Below, in pieces: positions 9,095 to 18,334 of a stretch of DNA of 64,000 bases (its first letter is position 1; each line of letters opens with the position of its first letter). The stretch is from a virus: IMG/VR virus record IMGVR_UViG_3300043429_000131; one strand, written 5' to 3'. Below the pieces are notes generated by a model. It saw only the letters and a list, made by a program, of their open reading frames with translations. It did no database searches and was not told the DNA's origin. A program made the translations under genes and the position numbers.

Positions 9095-10302
9095 GCGGTG
9101 TAGGTTCCTGAAGAATTAAACGTGTGGTAAGTATAACCACCGCTTGACGTAACTGTTCCTCCCGAGCCGCGCTGAACACCAGAATAACGAACTATTACTA
9201 TTCCAGAACCACCGTTCCTGTTTGTCGCGCTTCCACTATTATTTGACCCACCTCCGCCACCAGTATTTGCCGTTCCGGGAGTATTGAATGCGCCGCCGCC
9301 GCCAGTACCACCTACGGAGTTAGTCAAAGCAGAACCACCCCCGCCTCCGCCACCTGCATAAGTTGTGCCATTAAGCCACTGCGTTCCTGCTCCGCCATTA
9401 CCTGTACTGGAACCATCTACACCAACTGCCCCCGCACCACCTCCTCCGCCACCACGAGTTGTATTACCACTTCCAGTAGAAGATCCGCCACGATTGCCCT
9501 GCCCGGTAGTTCCAGCACCAAATGTACCAACAGCATTTTGAGTAGAAGCGCCTCCGCCAGATCCTCCGGATCTACCGCTCTGCGCATCAGCAGTAGCTGG
9601 GTCATTACCACCCCCGCCTCCACCACCTATAGCAACTGCAATAGTGCTTAAAGATGAATTTACCCCATTGCCGCCATATAACGGAACAACGGTCGCGCCC
9701 GCGCCCCCCGCTCCTACAGTAATTGGGTACGGGGTCCCAACACTTAATGTTGCTGATCCTGACAAATACCCACCAGCACCGCCACCGCCACCGTAGTTAC
9801 CGCCAGCGCCGCCACCCGCAACAACCAAATACTCAACAGAATACGTTGCAATAAACTGCTGGCTCCACAACGAGCCGTCCCAATACTCCATCGCATTTAA
9901 TGTGGTATTAAATCTCTGCATCCCTATTACGGGCGCAGAAGGGCGTTGTAATGTTGTGCCCACAGGTATGGACACTCCGCCTGTGCCATTAAAATTTGCA
10001 ATATCCAACTGCGCTTTACCTATGGTTCCTTGGCTGGGCGCAATACTCTGATTCGTCGTACTCAAATACCTAACATACACATTATTCGTTCCAGCAGACG
10101 GAGCCGGAGAGATAGTCAGCGTATTGCCTGATACCGAGTAGTTCGGTGGGTACTGCACCACGTTGTTGACCACGACTTGGATGTCGTTGGTGGAGTTGAC
10201 AAAACGCGACAGCGTGAAGTTCGTAGCCGAACCCGTGCCGTTGAACGAGTCCGTCCCAGCAATGAAGCTCTGTGTCGTTGGGGTGGAGCCGATGTAACTC
10301 AT
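9091..10302 (-). CDS. glycine-rich tail fibre protein
   Basis: EYLVVAGGGAGG...GGGGGAGG glycine-rich domain, G-M-x-RFNTT..EYWDGS fibre segment. Confidence 0.75.
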   Translation of the reverse strand: MSYIGSTPTTQSFIAGTDSFNGTGSATNFTLSRFVNSTNDIQVVVNNVVQYPPNYSVSGNTLTISPAPSAGTNNVYVRYLSTTNQSIAPSQGTIGKAQLDIANFNGTGGVSIPVGTTLQRPSAPVIGMQRFNTTLNAMEYWDGSLWSQQFIATYSVEYLVVAGGGAGGNYGGGGGAGGYLSGSATLSVGTPYPITVGAGGAGATVVPLYGGNGVNSSLSTIAVAIGGGGGGGNDPATADAQSGRSGGSGGGASTQNAVGTFGAGTTGQGNRGGSSTGSGNTTRGGGGGGAGAVGVDGSSTGNGGAGTQWLNGTTYAGGGGGGGSALTNSVGGTGGGGAFNTPGTANTGGGGGSNNSGSATNRNGGSGIVIVRYSGVQRGSGGTVTSSGGYTYHTFNSSGTYTA

Positions 10303-10628
10303 CAGGTGATCTCCAACAGCGAAGCAAAACAGTCCGCAGACGAAGCCGCACTAGTCACAACCTTCAGCACATCAGATGGCTCCAACACTACCTTCTGCTC
10401 ACCGCCCACAATCACCAACGTGCCACCGACTGGCACCACACCCGACTTGATCAGGTAGTAGTCCACCGCAGAGCGAGTCACATAAGCGTCTGCTGTAATA
10501 GGTGAGGCCGAAGTGTTTGCCACCGACAAGCCGATCAGTGTGGTTTGTGTCGCAGCAGGGCAGGTATATACGGTCGCCGGTGATGTACCGACATCTTTAC
10601 TTGGATATGATTTAAATAGATTTGCCAT
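10302..10628 (-). CDS. tail-region virion protein
   Basis: 108 aa, coupled stop/start with neighbours. Confidence 0.55.
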   Translation of the reverse strand: MANLFKSYPSKDVGTSPATVYTCPAATQTTLIGLSVANTSASPITADAYVTRSAVDYYLIKSGVVPVGGTLVIVGGEQKVVLEPSDVLKVVTSAASSADCFASLLEIT

Positions 10629-10632
10629 GTTC

Positions 10633-11013
10633 TCAGCCCAAAGCTATGGATAAGGCCACTGCCGTCCCCGCCGGGTCAAATGGCGGCTCGTTTGCGGCGT
10701 TGTAGTACACAGCACGTTCGGACGGATACACCACAAACACATCCTTGATACCCGCAGAGAAAGTCACCAGCGACCCCGCATTTGAGGAAGACAGGACTGT
10801 GTCTCTGCTTAGTGTTGTACCAGATGAAGTGTATGTGCCGATGCCCACTTCCCACTCGGAAGTGCCCTGACCTGCGATGGTGTAATACGTGACATTGCCA
10901 TCACCAACCGCAGCAAAAGACTGAAAGCCAACAACCGCACCGTCAAGCGTAATAGCGCCTGTACCAGCAGTGGTTGTCGTCTCCCTAACGCGATCAGCAA
11001 GGACAAGAGCCAT
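10633..11013 (-). CDS. tail fibre anchor-like protein
   Basis: MALVLADRVRETTTTAGTG...WEVGIGTY N-terminal fibre-attachment-type motif. Confidence 0.6.
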   Translation of the reverse strand: MALVLADRVRETTTTAGTGAITLDGAVVGFQSFAAVGDGNVTYYTIAGQGTSEWEVGIGTYTSSGTTLSRDTVLSSSNAGSLVTFSAGIKDVFVVYPSERAVYYNAANEPPFDPAGTAVALSIALG

Positions 11014-11591
11014 TACGGTGCTTCCAGAGTGAAGGTATAAGTCACGTTCAGTGTATCGCCCGACTGAAGCAGTCGATCTCCGCCGGTAAAGTCACTTGCT
11101 GAGAACAGCGTACCAGCCGTGCCGCCCTTGGTGTTGTCAGTCGTCAGAAACGCACCAGCCACCGTGGTTGTGCCGTTAATCGAGAACGAAGTCGCAGTCG
11201 TTGCAATCACCGAGGGGTCAGCCAGTGTGGCAGAGCCAAACGTCACCTGTGGTCGAGTTGCGTTGGAGTAGGTCGTGTCTTCTGTCCAGCCACCGTGGGA
11301 GAGCATTGTATCCGCAGCATTGAATGTCGTACCAGACGAAGGGCCGGTAATCAGGCCCAGATACCAAGCAGCCGTGTACGTGGTGCCGTCAAAGAAGGTG
11401 TCGTTCATCAACTGCAAACCAGAGTTGACCACCAGATTGGGGAACTCATCGCGCCACTTCTCAACACCATCAGCGCCAATACATACCACGGTATATACAC
11501 CGGATGCGCCAGCGCCTTGTCTCAGATTCCCGCCAGCAACAAGCGAAGCACCGACGCTATCTGCCAAGTTGGATTTCTCTTTTGTGCTCAT
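11013..11591 (-). CDS. tail-region virion protein
   Basis: 192 aa beta-rich (FPNLVVNSGL...GDTLNVTYT), operonic. Confidence 0.55.
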   Translation of the reverse strand: MSTKEKSNLADSVGASLVAGGNLRQGAGASGVYTVVCIGADGVEKWRDEFPNLVVNSGLQLMNDTFFDGTTYTAAWYLGLITGPSSGTTFNAADTMLSHGGWTEDTTYSNATRPQVTFGSATLADPSVIATTATSFSINGTTTVAGAFLTTDNTKGGTAGTLFSASDFTGGDRLLQSGDTLNVTYTFTLEAP

Positions 11592-11600
11592 AACTACCTC

Positions 11601-12032
11601 TCAAGGAAAACGAATTAGCGCCGTCGTCGCCGTGTTTACTGGCATCGTGACGGTATTGTTGGTCGAAGTAAAGGTCTTGTCTGAACCAAAGTCCAATACA
11701 GCCACCGACTTGTTGCTACGAGTTACGTTGTAGATCAAAGCCCCACGAGCAGTAAAACTTGCTCCGGGCCAAGAAACATCTGCGAAGTCCACATATACAG
11801 TCCCAGCGTTCGGGCCTGTGGTTTCCGTGCTGATTGTCGCACCGGTTACTGCAACGCCACCTGCTACATACCCTGTACCCGTTACTTCATTTGCTGTTGT
11901 GTACACAGTAGTCAGTGGTCCGATATCAGAAAAGGCGGTATACAGGGCCATCTTCAGCGTATCAGTTGCCAAGTTCTGCCCCGCTTGGAGCATCTCTTGC
12001 TTGAAGCTGTTTGTCAGTCCTTGCTGGATCAT
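11601..12032 (-). CDS. tail-region virion protein
   Basis: SFKQEML...DTLKMALYT...TANEVTGTGYVAGG...LDFGSDK. Confidence 0.6.
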   Translation of the reverse strand: MIQQGLTNSFKQEMLQAGQNLATDTLKMALYTAFSDIGPLTTVYTTANEVTGTGYVAGGVAVTGATISTETTGPNAGTVYVDFADVSWPGASFTARGALIYNVTRSNKSVAVLDFGSDKTFTSTNNTVTMPVNTATTALIRFP

Positions 12033-12742
12033 GGGTTAACCTTAATCTTTGCCTGACCATCGCGGTATGCGTCACCACGCTCCAGACCTGTGCCCAGACG
12101 ATTCAACTGCGCCATAGCCTCGTCGTACTTAGCTTTGTAAGTCGCCATCATATCGGTCTCGCCCTTCAGGAATACGTATGCTTCAAGCATCGTGCCATAC
12201 AGCAGAACCGGCGAGTAGTTGTCGCCAAGCCATGTGCGTCCGTCAGCAGCGACTGTGATTGATTCTGGGTAGGCGTAGTAGTGAAGCTCGACGTTGTAAA
12301 TCGCGTCTGGTGTGGGTCCGAGGATAAAGCTCAACTCGTCGGTAATAACACTGGTCACAACTGTTGGGCCAAACAACGCGTAGTACTCAGGTCTGCCTGT
12401 ATCTGATGGGTTTGGGTAGGCTGCGCGGATGAAGTTCACATCCTTGTTTAGCAGATAGTCATAACCGCCATCAGTGACTGCTATAGAAAAAACCGACATA
12501 AAGTCGGATGGGCAGGACAAATACTTATTCCCCGCAGTGGTGGTGCCCGTGACGTTTTTCCGCAGTGGTGGAATCTGAACGCTGTTATATATGCGCTCTT
12601 CGGCCTGCGTAATAAACAAGTTGATCTGGTTAGTGCCGTTAGACGTGGTCGTGCCTGTACCTGCTACGTCCGTCCAAGTATTCGTTGGAAAGTCGTTTTG
12701 CAGGTAGTTCTTAACAGCAATAAACAGTTCGTTATACGTCAT
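12029..12742 (-). CDS. head-tail adaptor / tail tubular protein
   Basis: MTYNEL..AVKNYL...FITQAEERIYN...ILGPTPD..Y.VELHYY...LLYG..LEAY; size and position. Confidence 0.65.
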   Translation of the reverse strand: MTYNELFIAVKNYLQNDFPTNTWTDVAGTGTTTSNGTNQINLFITQAEERIYNSVQIPPLRKNVTGTTTAGNKYLSCPSDFMSVFSIAVTDGGYDYLLNKDVNFIRAAYPNPSDTGRPEYYALFGPTVVTSVITDELSFILGPTPDAIYNVELHYYAYPESITVAADGRTWLGDNYSPVLLYGTMLEAYVFLKGETDMMATYKAKYDEAMAQLNRLGTGLERGDAYRDGQAKIKVNP

Positions 12743-12744
12743 GA

Positions 12745-13002
12745 TTAACCCATCGGGCCACGAGCCATTACACCCTTAGTTGCAGCACCCGTACCACGGA
12801 TTTTAATACCCGAAGTCTTGGCCTCTTTGTAGTTGCCCTTAGACAAGCCCGCAACTGACGGGTTCATCTCGTTTATTACTTTAGCACCTGCTGTGTAGGG
12901 CAGGTCAGCTTTAACTTTTTTACCGTCCATGGTGTGTGGCTCCGCGTAAACAGCAGCTTGGCCTACTTCTTTGCCGCCCTGCTTTTGTGAATATTTAGCC
13001 AT
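12745..13002 (-). CDS. small basic protein
   Basis: 85 aa, C-term KIRGTGAATKG..ARGPMG. Confidence 0.6.
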   Translation of the reverse strand: MAKYSQKQGGKEVGQAAVYAEPHTMDGKKVKADLPYTAGAKVINEMNPSVAGLSKGNYKEAKTSGIKIRGTGAATKGVMARGPMG

Positions 13003-13004
13003 GC

Positions 13005-13160
13005 TTAGCCCGATTTTTGGTTCGCGGCCCGAGCCAGATTGCGGCCCATAGCCTTCATCTGTTCTGAAGTCACGCCGCCCTTAGCCATCTTCTTGGCACC
13101 GTGCATACGCTTCTCGTGAGCCTTAACTTCCGCTTTGGCTACTTTCTTCATGTTGTCCAT
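13005..13160 (-). CDS. small basic protein (51 aa, not in ORF track)
   Basis: MDNMKKVAKAEVKAHEKRMHGAKKMAKGG...ANQKSG*; RBS AGGAG upstream; fills the intergenic gap. Confidence 0.7.
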   Translation of the reverse strand: MDNMKKVAKAEVKAHEKRMHGAKKMAKGGVTSEQMKAMGRNLARAANQKSG

Positions 13161-13168
13161 ATCAACTC

Positions 13169-13576
13169 CTAAGTAATTGTCACACTGCCTATCTGCGCGG
13201 ACGACGTTAAAGCGTTTGGTGTCAACCCCACATCATTTGCACTCGCCCCGCCTACCGGAGCCCAGCCCCACTGGAATACCCGACTACCACCAGACGGATC
13301 ACCAAAGTCTGTATTTACCGTCAACTGCAAGCCTGTGTAGCCCGCCTGCCTGTAACTGTTATCTGGCCGTGGTTCCCGTACTGCTTGCGGGTCGTCCACC
13401 GGGTACATACCTAATTGTAACTGTGGCTGGTCAGGTTCCCAACATGTGGGGCACACTTTAATCGTAACCTGCTTAGTCTTAATGACAAGCTTTTTCAGGA
13501 CCTTCAGCTTATAGCGAAATCCGCATCGATCACATTCCGAGATCGCATTTTTACCTGAACTGAACCTGTTACCCAT
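13169..13576 (-). CDS. Zn-ribbon-containing head-tail region protein
   Basis: CDRCG...VCPTCWEPDQPQ. Confidence 0.6.
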   Translation of the reverse strand: MGNRFSSGKNAISECDRCGFRYKLKVLKKLVIKTKQVTIKVCPTCWEPDQPQLQLGMYPVDDPQAVREPRPDNSYRQAGYTGLQLTVNTDFGDPSGGSRVFQWGWAPVGGASANDVGLTPNALTSSAQIGSVTIT

Positions 13577-13578
13577 CG

Positions 13579-14322
13579 TTAAGCAATAAAGAACTCACGT
13601 GGCACCAGACGGTCAGCCGCCTTCTCGCGGTCTTCACTTGCCGCCAACTCCCATGCCTCGTCATACATAAGCTTCAGTGCCATCAGGCGATCCGGAGACA
13701 CCTCGGGTTTCTTTACCGCCAGCATATACGCCAAGCCTGCAACCATGCAGTTCTGGAAGCGGAACGGAATATCGACCACGTTCACACCGTTGCCAGCGTC
13801 GTAGATGCGCTTCAACCGCCAGTAATAAAATACGTAATACGGGTTTTGCTGCGTACCCTGATCCGGAGCTGGCCACACGTTAATCTGCGGATACGACGGG
13901 GTTGCACCCAACAAGTCGGTGGTTTGGCCTGACTGCCGGTTAATCCAGACCTGAATCGGACGACCCTGCGCTAGTTTGTTTGGGATGGTCGAGTAGGTGG
14001 ATACGCTAATCCGAGTGATATTGAGATCAGTCTGGTTGGGACCATTGCCAGAATCGGTACGTATAACGTGCTCAATAAGATCAACGGTGTCGTTAGGAAG
14101 ATCATAGGTCACCTGCCCCTGCACCATATTGATGGAGCCCTGCTCAATAGTCCACAGGTTGATACCCCGGTTTGCCCACTCACCTAGCAGGAAGTTTAAG
14201 CTGCGCCGAGCCGTACGGAAATCGTAACCAGTCCGTAGCTCCAAGCCGCAACGCTCAAACGCCTCTTCAAATATCTCGTTGAGGTTGGGGTTAAACGCTG
14301 TTGTCGATGTAGTTACGGCCAT
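13579..14322 (-). CDS. head-to-tail connector protein
   Basis: EEAFERCG..LRTGYD..TARRSLN.L..EWANRG.NLW; VWP.PD; position. Confidence 0.65.
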   Translation of the reverse strand: MAVTTSTTAFNPNLNEIFEEAFERCGLELRTGYDFRTARRSLNFLLGEWANRGINLWTIEQGSINMVQGQVTYDLPNDTVDLIEHVIRTDSGNGPNQTDLNITRISVSTYSTIPNKLAQGRPIQVWINRQSGQTTDLLGATPSYPQINVWPAPDQGTQQNPYYVFYYWRLKRIYDAGNGVNVVDIPFRFQNCMVAGLAYMLAVKKPEVSPDRLMALKLMYDEAWELAASEDREKAADRLVPREFFIA

Positions 14323-14555
14323 TATCTAAACCCCGCTGTTTTCTTCGCAATGCTCTTAGGCTGCGCGACGAACTGCTTCCCTGCTTTCTTCCCTGCCCGC
14401 TTTGCCCTCGTTGTGGCGGCATACTCGGCTGGGCTTAGTGCCTTTATCGCCTTTTCCGGGAGGTAACGCTCCCCGGTCTTTGACGACGGCTTTCCGCTTT
14501 TGGTTCGCCATTTCTGGTCTCCCCAGTTTTTTAGCGATTGCTGTGGCGCTTTCAA
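14322..14555 (-). CDS. small Lys-rich protein
   Basis: SLKNWGDQKWRTKSGKPS..TGERYLP. Confidence 0.7.
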   Translation of the reverse strand: MKAPQQSLKNWGDQKWRTKSGKPSSKTGERYLPEKAIKALSPAEYAATTRAKRAGKKAGKQFVAQPKSIAKKTAGFR

Positions 14556-14827
14556 TCTCTGTACCCACCGCCAGCGGCCTTGTACTTCTTAGCCACCAAC
14601 TGTGCCTTGCGAGCACTCCACTGACCTGCGCCGGTGCCATGAGTTGCTGCGGCTTTCACCTGTGACACGATCCGCTTACGCAGACCGGGCTTGGTGTAAT
14701 TACCAGCAGCATTGACCTTCCCACCTTCTTTGTACTGCGTAAAGTCGGTGTCGTCCCGACGGGCTTTCTTCTTCCCGCCGGGCATCTTGGATGGGTTAAT
14801 TGCACCCATACCGCGTGAGGCCATCAT
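14552..14827 (-). CDS. small Lys-rich protein
   Basis: GQWSARKAQL..KKYKAAGGGY; YKEGG motif. Confidence 0.7.
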   Translation of the reverse strand: MMASRGMGAINPSKMPGGKKKARRDDTDFTQYKEGGKVNAAGNYTKPGLRKRIVSQVKAAATHGTGAGQWSARKAQLVAKKYKAAGGGYRD

Positions 14828-14828
14828 C

Positions 14829-15242
14829 TCAGCACTTCCCGCCGTACTTCATCTTGGTCATGCCGCCTTTTTTCATACCGGTCGAGCCAGCCATCTTGAT
14901 CTCTTTGCCCTTGGTTTTACCCTTGGTAGCAACGCCATCAGCCGACTTATGGCCAGCAGCCAGACCGCCAGAAGCCATCTTCTTCATACCAGTCTTCAGC
15001 TCACCAACGATACGCTTCTTCTCTGCGGCCAGATTGCTTTTGCCCTTAGCTGTCTTCGCCTTCTCAGCGTTAACACGACCCAGCTCTTCCAGTCGATTCA
15101 TACGTGATGTATTAGCCATACCGCCTCCTGATTTAGTAAATTCCTTACCCACACTTGTCGGAACACCGACCTTCTTTGCAAATTTGGGGTTGTTCGCCAC
15201 GGCTTGCATGAACCGCTCTTGCTTTGCTGACTTGGCAGGCAT
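14829..15242 (-). CDS. small Lys-rich protein
   Basis: MASGG, MKKGG, MKYGG and ADGVATKGKTKG motifs. Confidence 0.7.
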   Translation of the reverse strand: MPAKSAKQERFMQAVANNPKFAKKVGVPTSVGKEFTKSGGGMANTSRMNRLEELGRVNAEKAKTAKGKSNLAAEKKRIVGELKTGMKKMASGGLAAGHKSADGVATKGKTKGKEIKMAGSTGMKKGGMTKMKYGGKC

Positions 15243-15475
15243 CAGACTATCTTCCCACGAGTTTTACCACGCTGGGCACAGCCGTCTGCCGCCCGGACGT
15301 AGCCACCTTTTTTCTTACCGGTGACAGTCTTGACGACCTTGTTGATCTTGGCAGGCATGGACTCAGGGTTCTTTTTATCCCGCTCTTCCATGCGCTTTTC
15401 AGCCTCAGCGTTCTGCTCAGGTGTACCCATGACGTTCTCGTACATCCGACGAGCCATTGATTTATCAGCCATCAC
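15242..15475 (-). CDS. small Lys-rich protein
   Basis: KKKGG...ADGCAQRGKTRGKIV. Confidence 0.65.
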   Translation of the reverse strand: MMADKSMARRMYENVMGTPEQNAEAEKRMEERDKKNPESMPAKINKVVKTVTGKKKGGYVRAADGCAQRGKTRGKIV

Positions 15476-16239
15476 AGCACCTTTCCACGAGTTTTACCGC
15501 GTTGTGCGATACCGTCAGCACGCTTGGATGCTGAACCAACTGAACCACCAGCAGCGTACTTCTTAACCGCGCCGCCCTTCTTGATGCCGCGACCCAGTTC
15601 TGCTTCTTTGTGAAAACGGTTTTTCCGCATTATTTCTTCCCGACCGCTTGACGCGTACGGAGCCATACCTTGACCTTTTTTACGCTCAGCATCAGCTTTC
15701 TTCTTTTCCGCAGCAACTGCTGGGTAGGACTTGGACTCGCGCTGTTCGTTAGGCTTACCCTTGATAGGTGCAGTTTTGCTCTGCGGTACCTTTGTAGCTG
15801 CTTCGATGACTGGTGAAGACTTAAACTTACTGGTTGCAGTCATGGGGGGTTTGACTTCGCCAGATGTATCAGATGCAGGGGTTTTGGCAGAGGACGTAGC
15901 TTTTACAGAGGGCGCAGTTTTCTTAACTGCAGGTGTCGTAGTCCTCTTGGTTGTGATGTCGTCGTTCGTCGCATCGCCCATCTCCGGACGTCCCTTCGAC
16001 GCAGCTAACGCACGTTGTTTAGCAGCATCGTCTCCGCCGGTTACATCCTCACCCATGGCGGACCTAGCCACCATAGTCTTAGCTGCATCCGGTGCGCCTT
16101 CTTTACCCGCTTCACCCTTCTTCTTACGTGACAGAAGATAGGCCAGTGTGCCCAGTCCAGCCAGAGCACCGACAGTGCCACCGACATCAAACTTCTTCAC
16201 GCGGGCCGAACCCTTAGCGGGCTTAGTTTTACTCTTCAT
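15472..16239 (-). CDS. Lys/Ala-rich protein
   Basis: FDVGG, IKKGG, YAAGG and ADGIAQRGKTRGKVL motifs. Confidence 0.7.
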   Translation of the reverse strand: MKSKTKPAKGSARVKKFDVGGTVGALAGLGTLAYLLSRKKKGEAGKEGAPDAAKTMVARSAMGEDVTGGDDAAKQRALAASKGRPEMGDATNDDITTKRTTTPAVKKTAPSVKATSSAKTPASDTSGEVKPPMTATSKFKSSPVIEAATKVPQSKTAPIKGKPNEQRESKSYPAVAAEKKKADAERKKGQGMAPYASSGREEIMRKNRFHKEAELGRGIKKGGAVKKYAAGGSVGSASKRADGIAQRGKTRGKVL

Positions 16240-16417
16240 CTTTTTTCCCCTTGCGCAGAAGTTTCTGCACAGTGTCGGTTTCGTAGATACGAATGCCAGT
16301 CCAGATTATTGTGAACAAAGCCGCCACGGCGGGCAGCACTTCCATAAGCGTACCTACCACAGTCGCAATCGAAAGCGCATCTGCGACGTTCTTCGCAGTA
16401 TCGTGATGGTTTTCCAT
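16229..16417 (-). CDS. small membrane protein, possible holin
   Basis: 62 aa, hydrophobic core, basic C-terminus; no other holin candidate seen near the endolysin. Confidence 0.45.
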   Translation of the reverse strand: MENHHDTAKNVADALSIATVVGTLMEVLPAVAALFTIIWTGIRIYETDTVQKLLRKGKKDEE

Positions 16418-16672
16418 TTAACACTTCCACGCACGTAAAGATTTATTAATGCGGCTATTTGGGTCGTTCGCGGTTTTCGACGAGGTGAGCTTCTTTTTCA
16501 TTCCAGACATCCGGGCGCAAAACGACTTTTTCCTTGCGCCGCCTTCCGGCTGGGGGGCTTTCAACCCCGGCTTCCCCGGATTCGCTGCGTTGTAAGAAGC
16601 TCTCCCTTTGGCGTTTAGACCACCCTTGGGATTTTTGCCCTCTTTCCTCGTCCATGCCGGAGTCTTAGCCAT
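16418..16672 (-). CDS. small basic protein
   Basis: MAKTPAWTRKEGKNPKGGLNAKGRASY...RKKSFCARM...INKSLRAWKC; ATG at 16672. Confidence 0.7.
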   Translation of the reverse strand: MAKTPAWTRKEGKNPKGGLNAKGRASYNAANPGKPGLKAPQPEGGARKKSFCARMSGMKKKLTSSKTANDPNSRINKSLRAWKC

Positions 16673-16940
16673 AGAACACCGTCGCCGTTGCGTTAGACAG
16701 AGTCGCATACACGTTGGTCGAGAAAAGCACGCCTTCGCCCGGAATGATTACGTTGAACGTCTCGCCCTGAGCTACGGTATCAATCGTCATGATTGTCGTG
16801 CCGCCTGACCCGCCGTCTTTGAGAATGACGCTCCCAGCACTTGCGCCGGGAGTAATCACCAGACCACGAACACGGGTACGGTCGCCAAAAACGCTCCCAG
16901 AAACGGAAACGCTTTTCGCTTTAACGTCTGTTTGCATCAT
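16665..16940 (-). CDS. small virion (head-associated) protein
   Basis: 91 aa beta-rich (RVRGLVI...VILKDGGSGG...IPGEGVLF). Confidence 0.55.
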   Translation of the reverse strand: MMQTDVKAKSVSVSGSVFGDRTRVRGLVITPGASAGSVILKDGGSGGTTIMTIDTVAQGETFNVIIPGEGVLFSTNVYATLSNATATVFYG

Positions 16941-16956
16941 GGTGATGCCTCCTTAA

Positions 16957-17406
16957 TTAGACGTTTTGCTGACCGGTCAGCGGATCGACAACGAAGTAAG
17001 TGATGTAGCCACCAACAGTGCCGCTACCCGAAGTGTCGTCACGCGAAGTCACGTAAGCCATCTCGGTCGATGCAGTCAGGGTCAGGCCGCTGGTAACCAC
17101 GCCAGCCGAAGCCACAGACAGGTTGTTAGCGATGGCAGCAGGAGTAGCCGTACCAGAGGTGAAGCCAGTTGTGCCAAGGTCGATAGAACCAGCGCCAGCA
17201 TTGTTGATTACAACAGACAGGACCACTGCACCAGCAGGCAGGATCAGGTTTGGAGCGCCAGTAGCCGAAGAGACCTTGACGTTGCCAGCCGCCGAAGCGT
17301 CAGCAACATAGAATTCAGCAGCCATGACGCCGGAGCCACAATAAGCGGTACGAGTTTGATCGCCGCCGCCCGAACGCCAGATGCTTTGGGTAGTAGAAAG
17401 TGCCAT
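16957..17406 (-). CDS. virion (head decoration-like) protein
   Basis: ATG at 17406 with GAGG RBS; downstream of its own promoter after the capsid gene. Confidence 0.55.
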   Translation of the reverse strand: MALSTTQSIWRSGGGDQTRTAYCGSGVMAAEFYVADASAAGNVKVSSATGAPNLILPAGAVVLSVVINNAGAGSIDLGTTGFTSGTATPAAIANNLSVASAGVVTSGLTLTASTEMAYVTSRDDTSGSGTVGGYITYFVVDPLTGQQNV

Positions 17407-17502
17407 TTGAGTTGTCCTCACATGCGAGTTAAGCGCAAACGATCTGCATGTCGTCAGGCCGGGAGCCTGTTCGTAAGCGCCGGATAGTCCCGGATTAGTG
17501 CT

Positions 17503-17531
17503 TTTATACTAGGTGGAGTGTGGGGTGTCAA
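17503..17531 (-). promoter_or_regulatory. sigma70-type promoter for the post-capsid operon
   Basis: TTGACA-17bp-TATAAA on minus strand, overlapping the end of the GIY-YIG gene. Confidence 0.75.
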
Positions 17532-18240
17532 GATATTTAAACGACCAGCCTGTATAGGGACCCCGTTTCAATAATGCACCTGATTTTAGGGCCCGGTTGA
17601 TTGTAGGCGGCTTCATCCCTGACGCTTCCCGTAAGGCTTGGATACTGGCGTATTCTAGGGTTCTGCCGTCCGGACTTGTAGCTATAACGGCCCGGCTTAC
17701 CTTGGCACCGTGGTCAGGACGTTTCTTACCAAACCAGAAATTACCCTCGCCAGATAGGGTGGCGGAGATTTTTGCTTTGGTGGACGAGGCTACATGGTGC
17801 CCGCGCATAGACTTGCGGCGTTTGGCTTTTTCCTCTTCGGTCTGGACCCGCGCTGCTGAGGCTGCGGCAATCTTGGCTTTGGCCTCACCGGTATGGGAGA
17901 AAGTTTTGCCCCACATGGCGTTTCTATCGCCGGACATCCCTAGCTGGGGGGCTGTGGCGTCTGTAGCTAAGTTATAGCAGTAGTCCTTACCTACATGTTC
18001 TTTAAGCCACACATTCTCCGCTGCGAGTATGTCGGCCTCTGGCGGCAACTCCTCCACAATAACAAACGTAAAAGACGGCTCACCATATTTTACCCACGCT
18101 GCTTGGAGATGTTTATTCGCATGGGTGCCGCGCCGCAACATCCACCAATGTTTACGTTTACGTACCGCAAAATCTACGGCACTCCCTACGTAAAACTTGT
18201 TGTTCAGTACATTGATGATCTTGTAGATACCTCGTGCCAT
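17509..18240 (-). CDS. free-standing GIY-YIG homing endonuclease with NUMOD3-like repeats
   Basis: RGIYKIIN...FYVGSA..F..RKRKH; H..E.KAKI repeats; N..FGKK. Confidence 0.92.
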   Translation of the reverse strand: MARGIYKIINVLNNKFYVGSAVDFAVRKRKHWWMLRRGTHANKHLQAAWVKYGEPSFTFVIVEELPPEADILAAENVWLKEHVGKDYCYNLATDATAPQLGMSGDRNAMWGKTFSHTGEAKAKIAAASAARVQTEEEKAKRRKSMRGHHVASSTKAKISATLSGEGNFWFGKKRPDHGAKVSRAVIATSPDGRTLEYASIQALREASGMKPPTINRALKSGALLKRGPYTGWSFKYLDTPHST

Positions 18241-18274
18241 ACACCCTCCAATTCGATACAGGTAAAGTGAGGGT

Positions 18275-18303
18275 AGAATACACTAATGTAACGAGTAACA
18301 CAA
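18275..18303 (-). promoter_or_regulatory. putative promoter of GIY-YIG gene
   Basis: TTGTGT-17bp-TATTCT with TG extension, then GGAGG RBS. Confidence 0.45.
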
Positions 18304-18310
18304 CACATAA

Positions 18311-18334
18311 TTAAAAAGGGGCCGAAGCCCCTTT
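18311..18334 (-). terminator. rho-independent terminator after major capsid gene
   Basis: AAAGGGGC-TTCG-GCCCCTTT followed by T-tract on minus strand. Confidence 0.85.
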
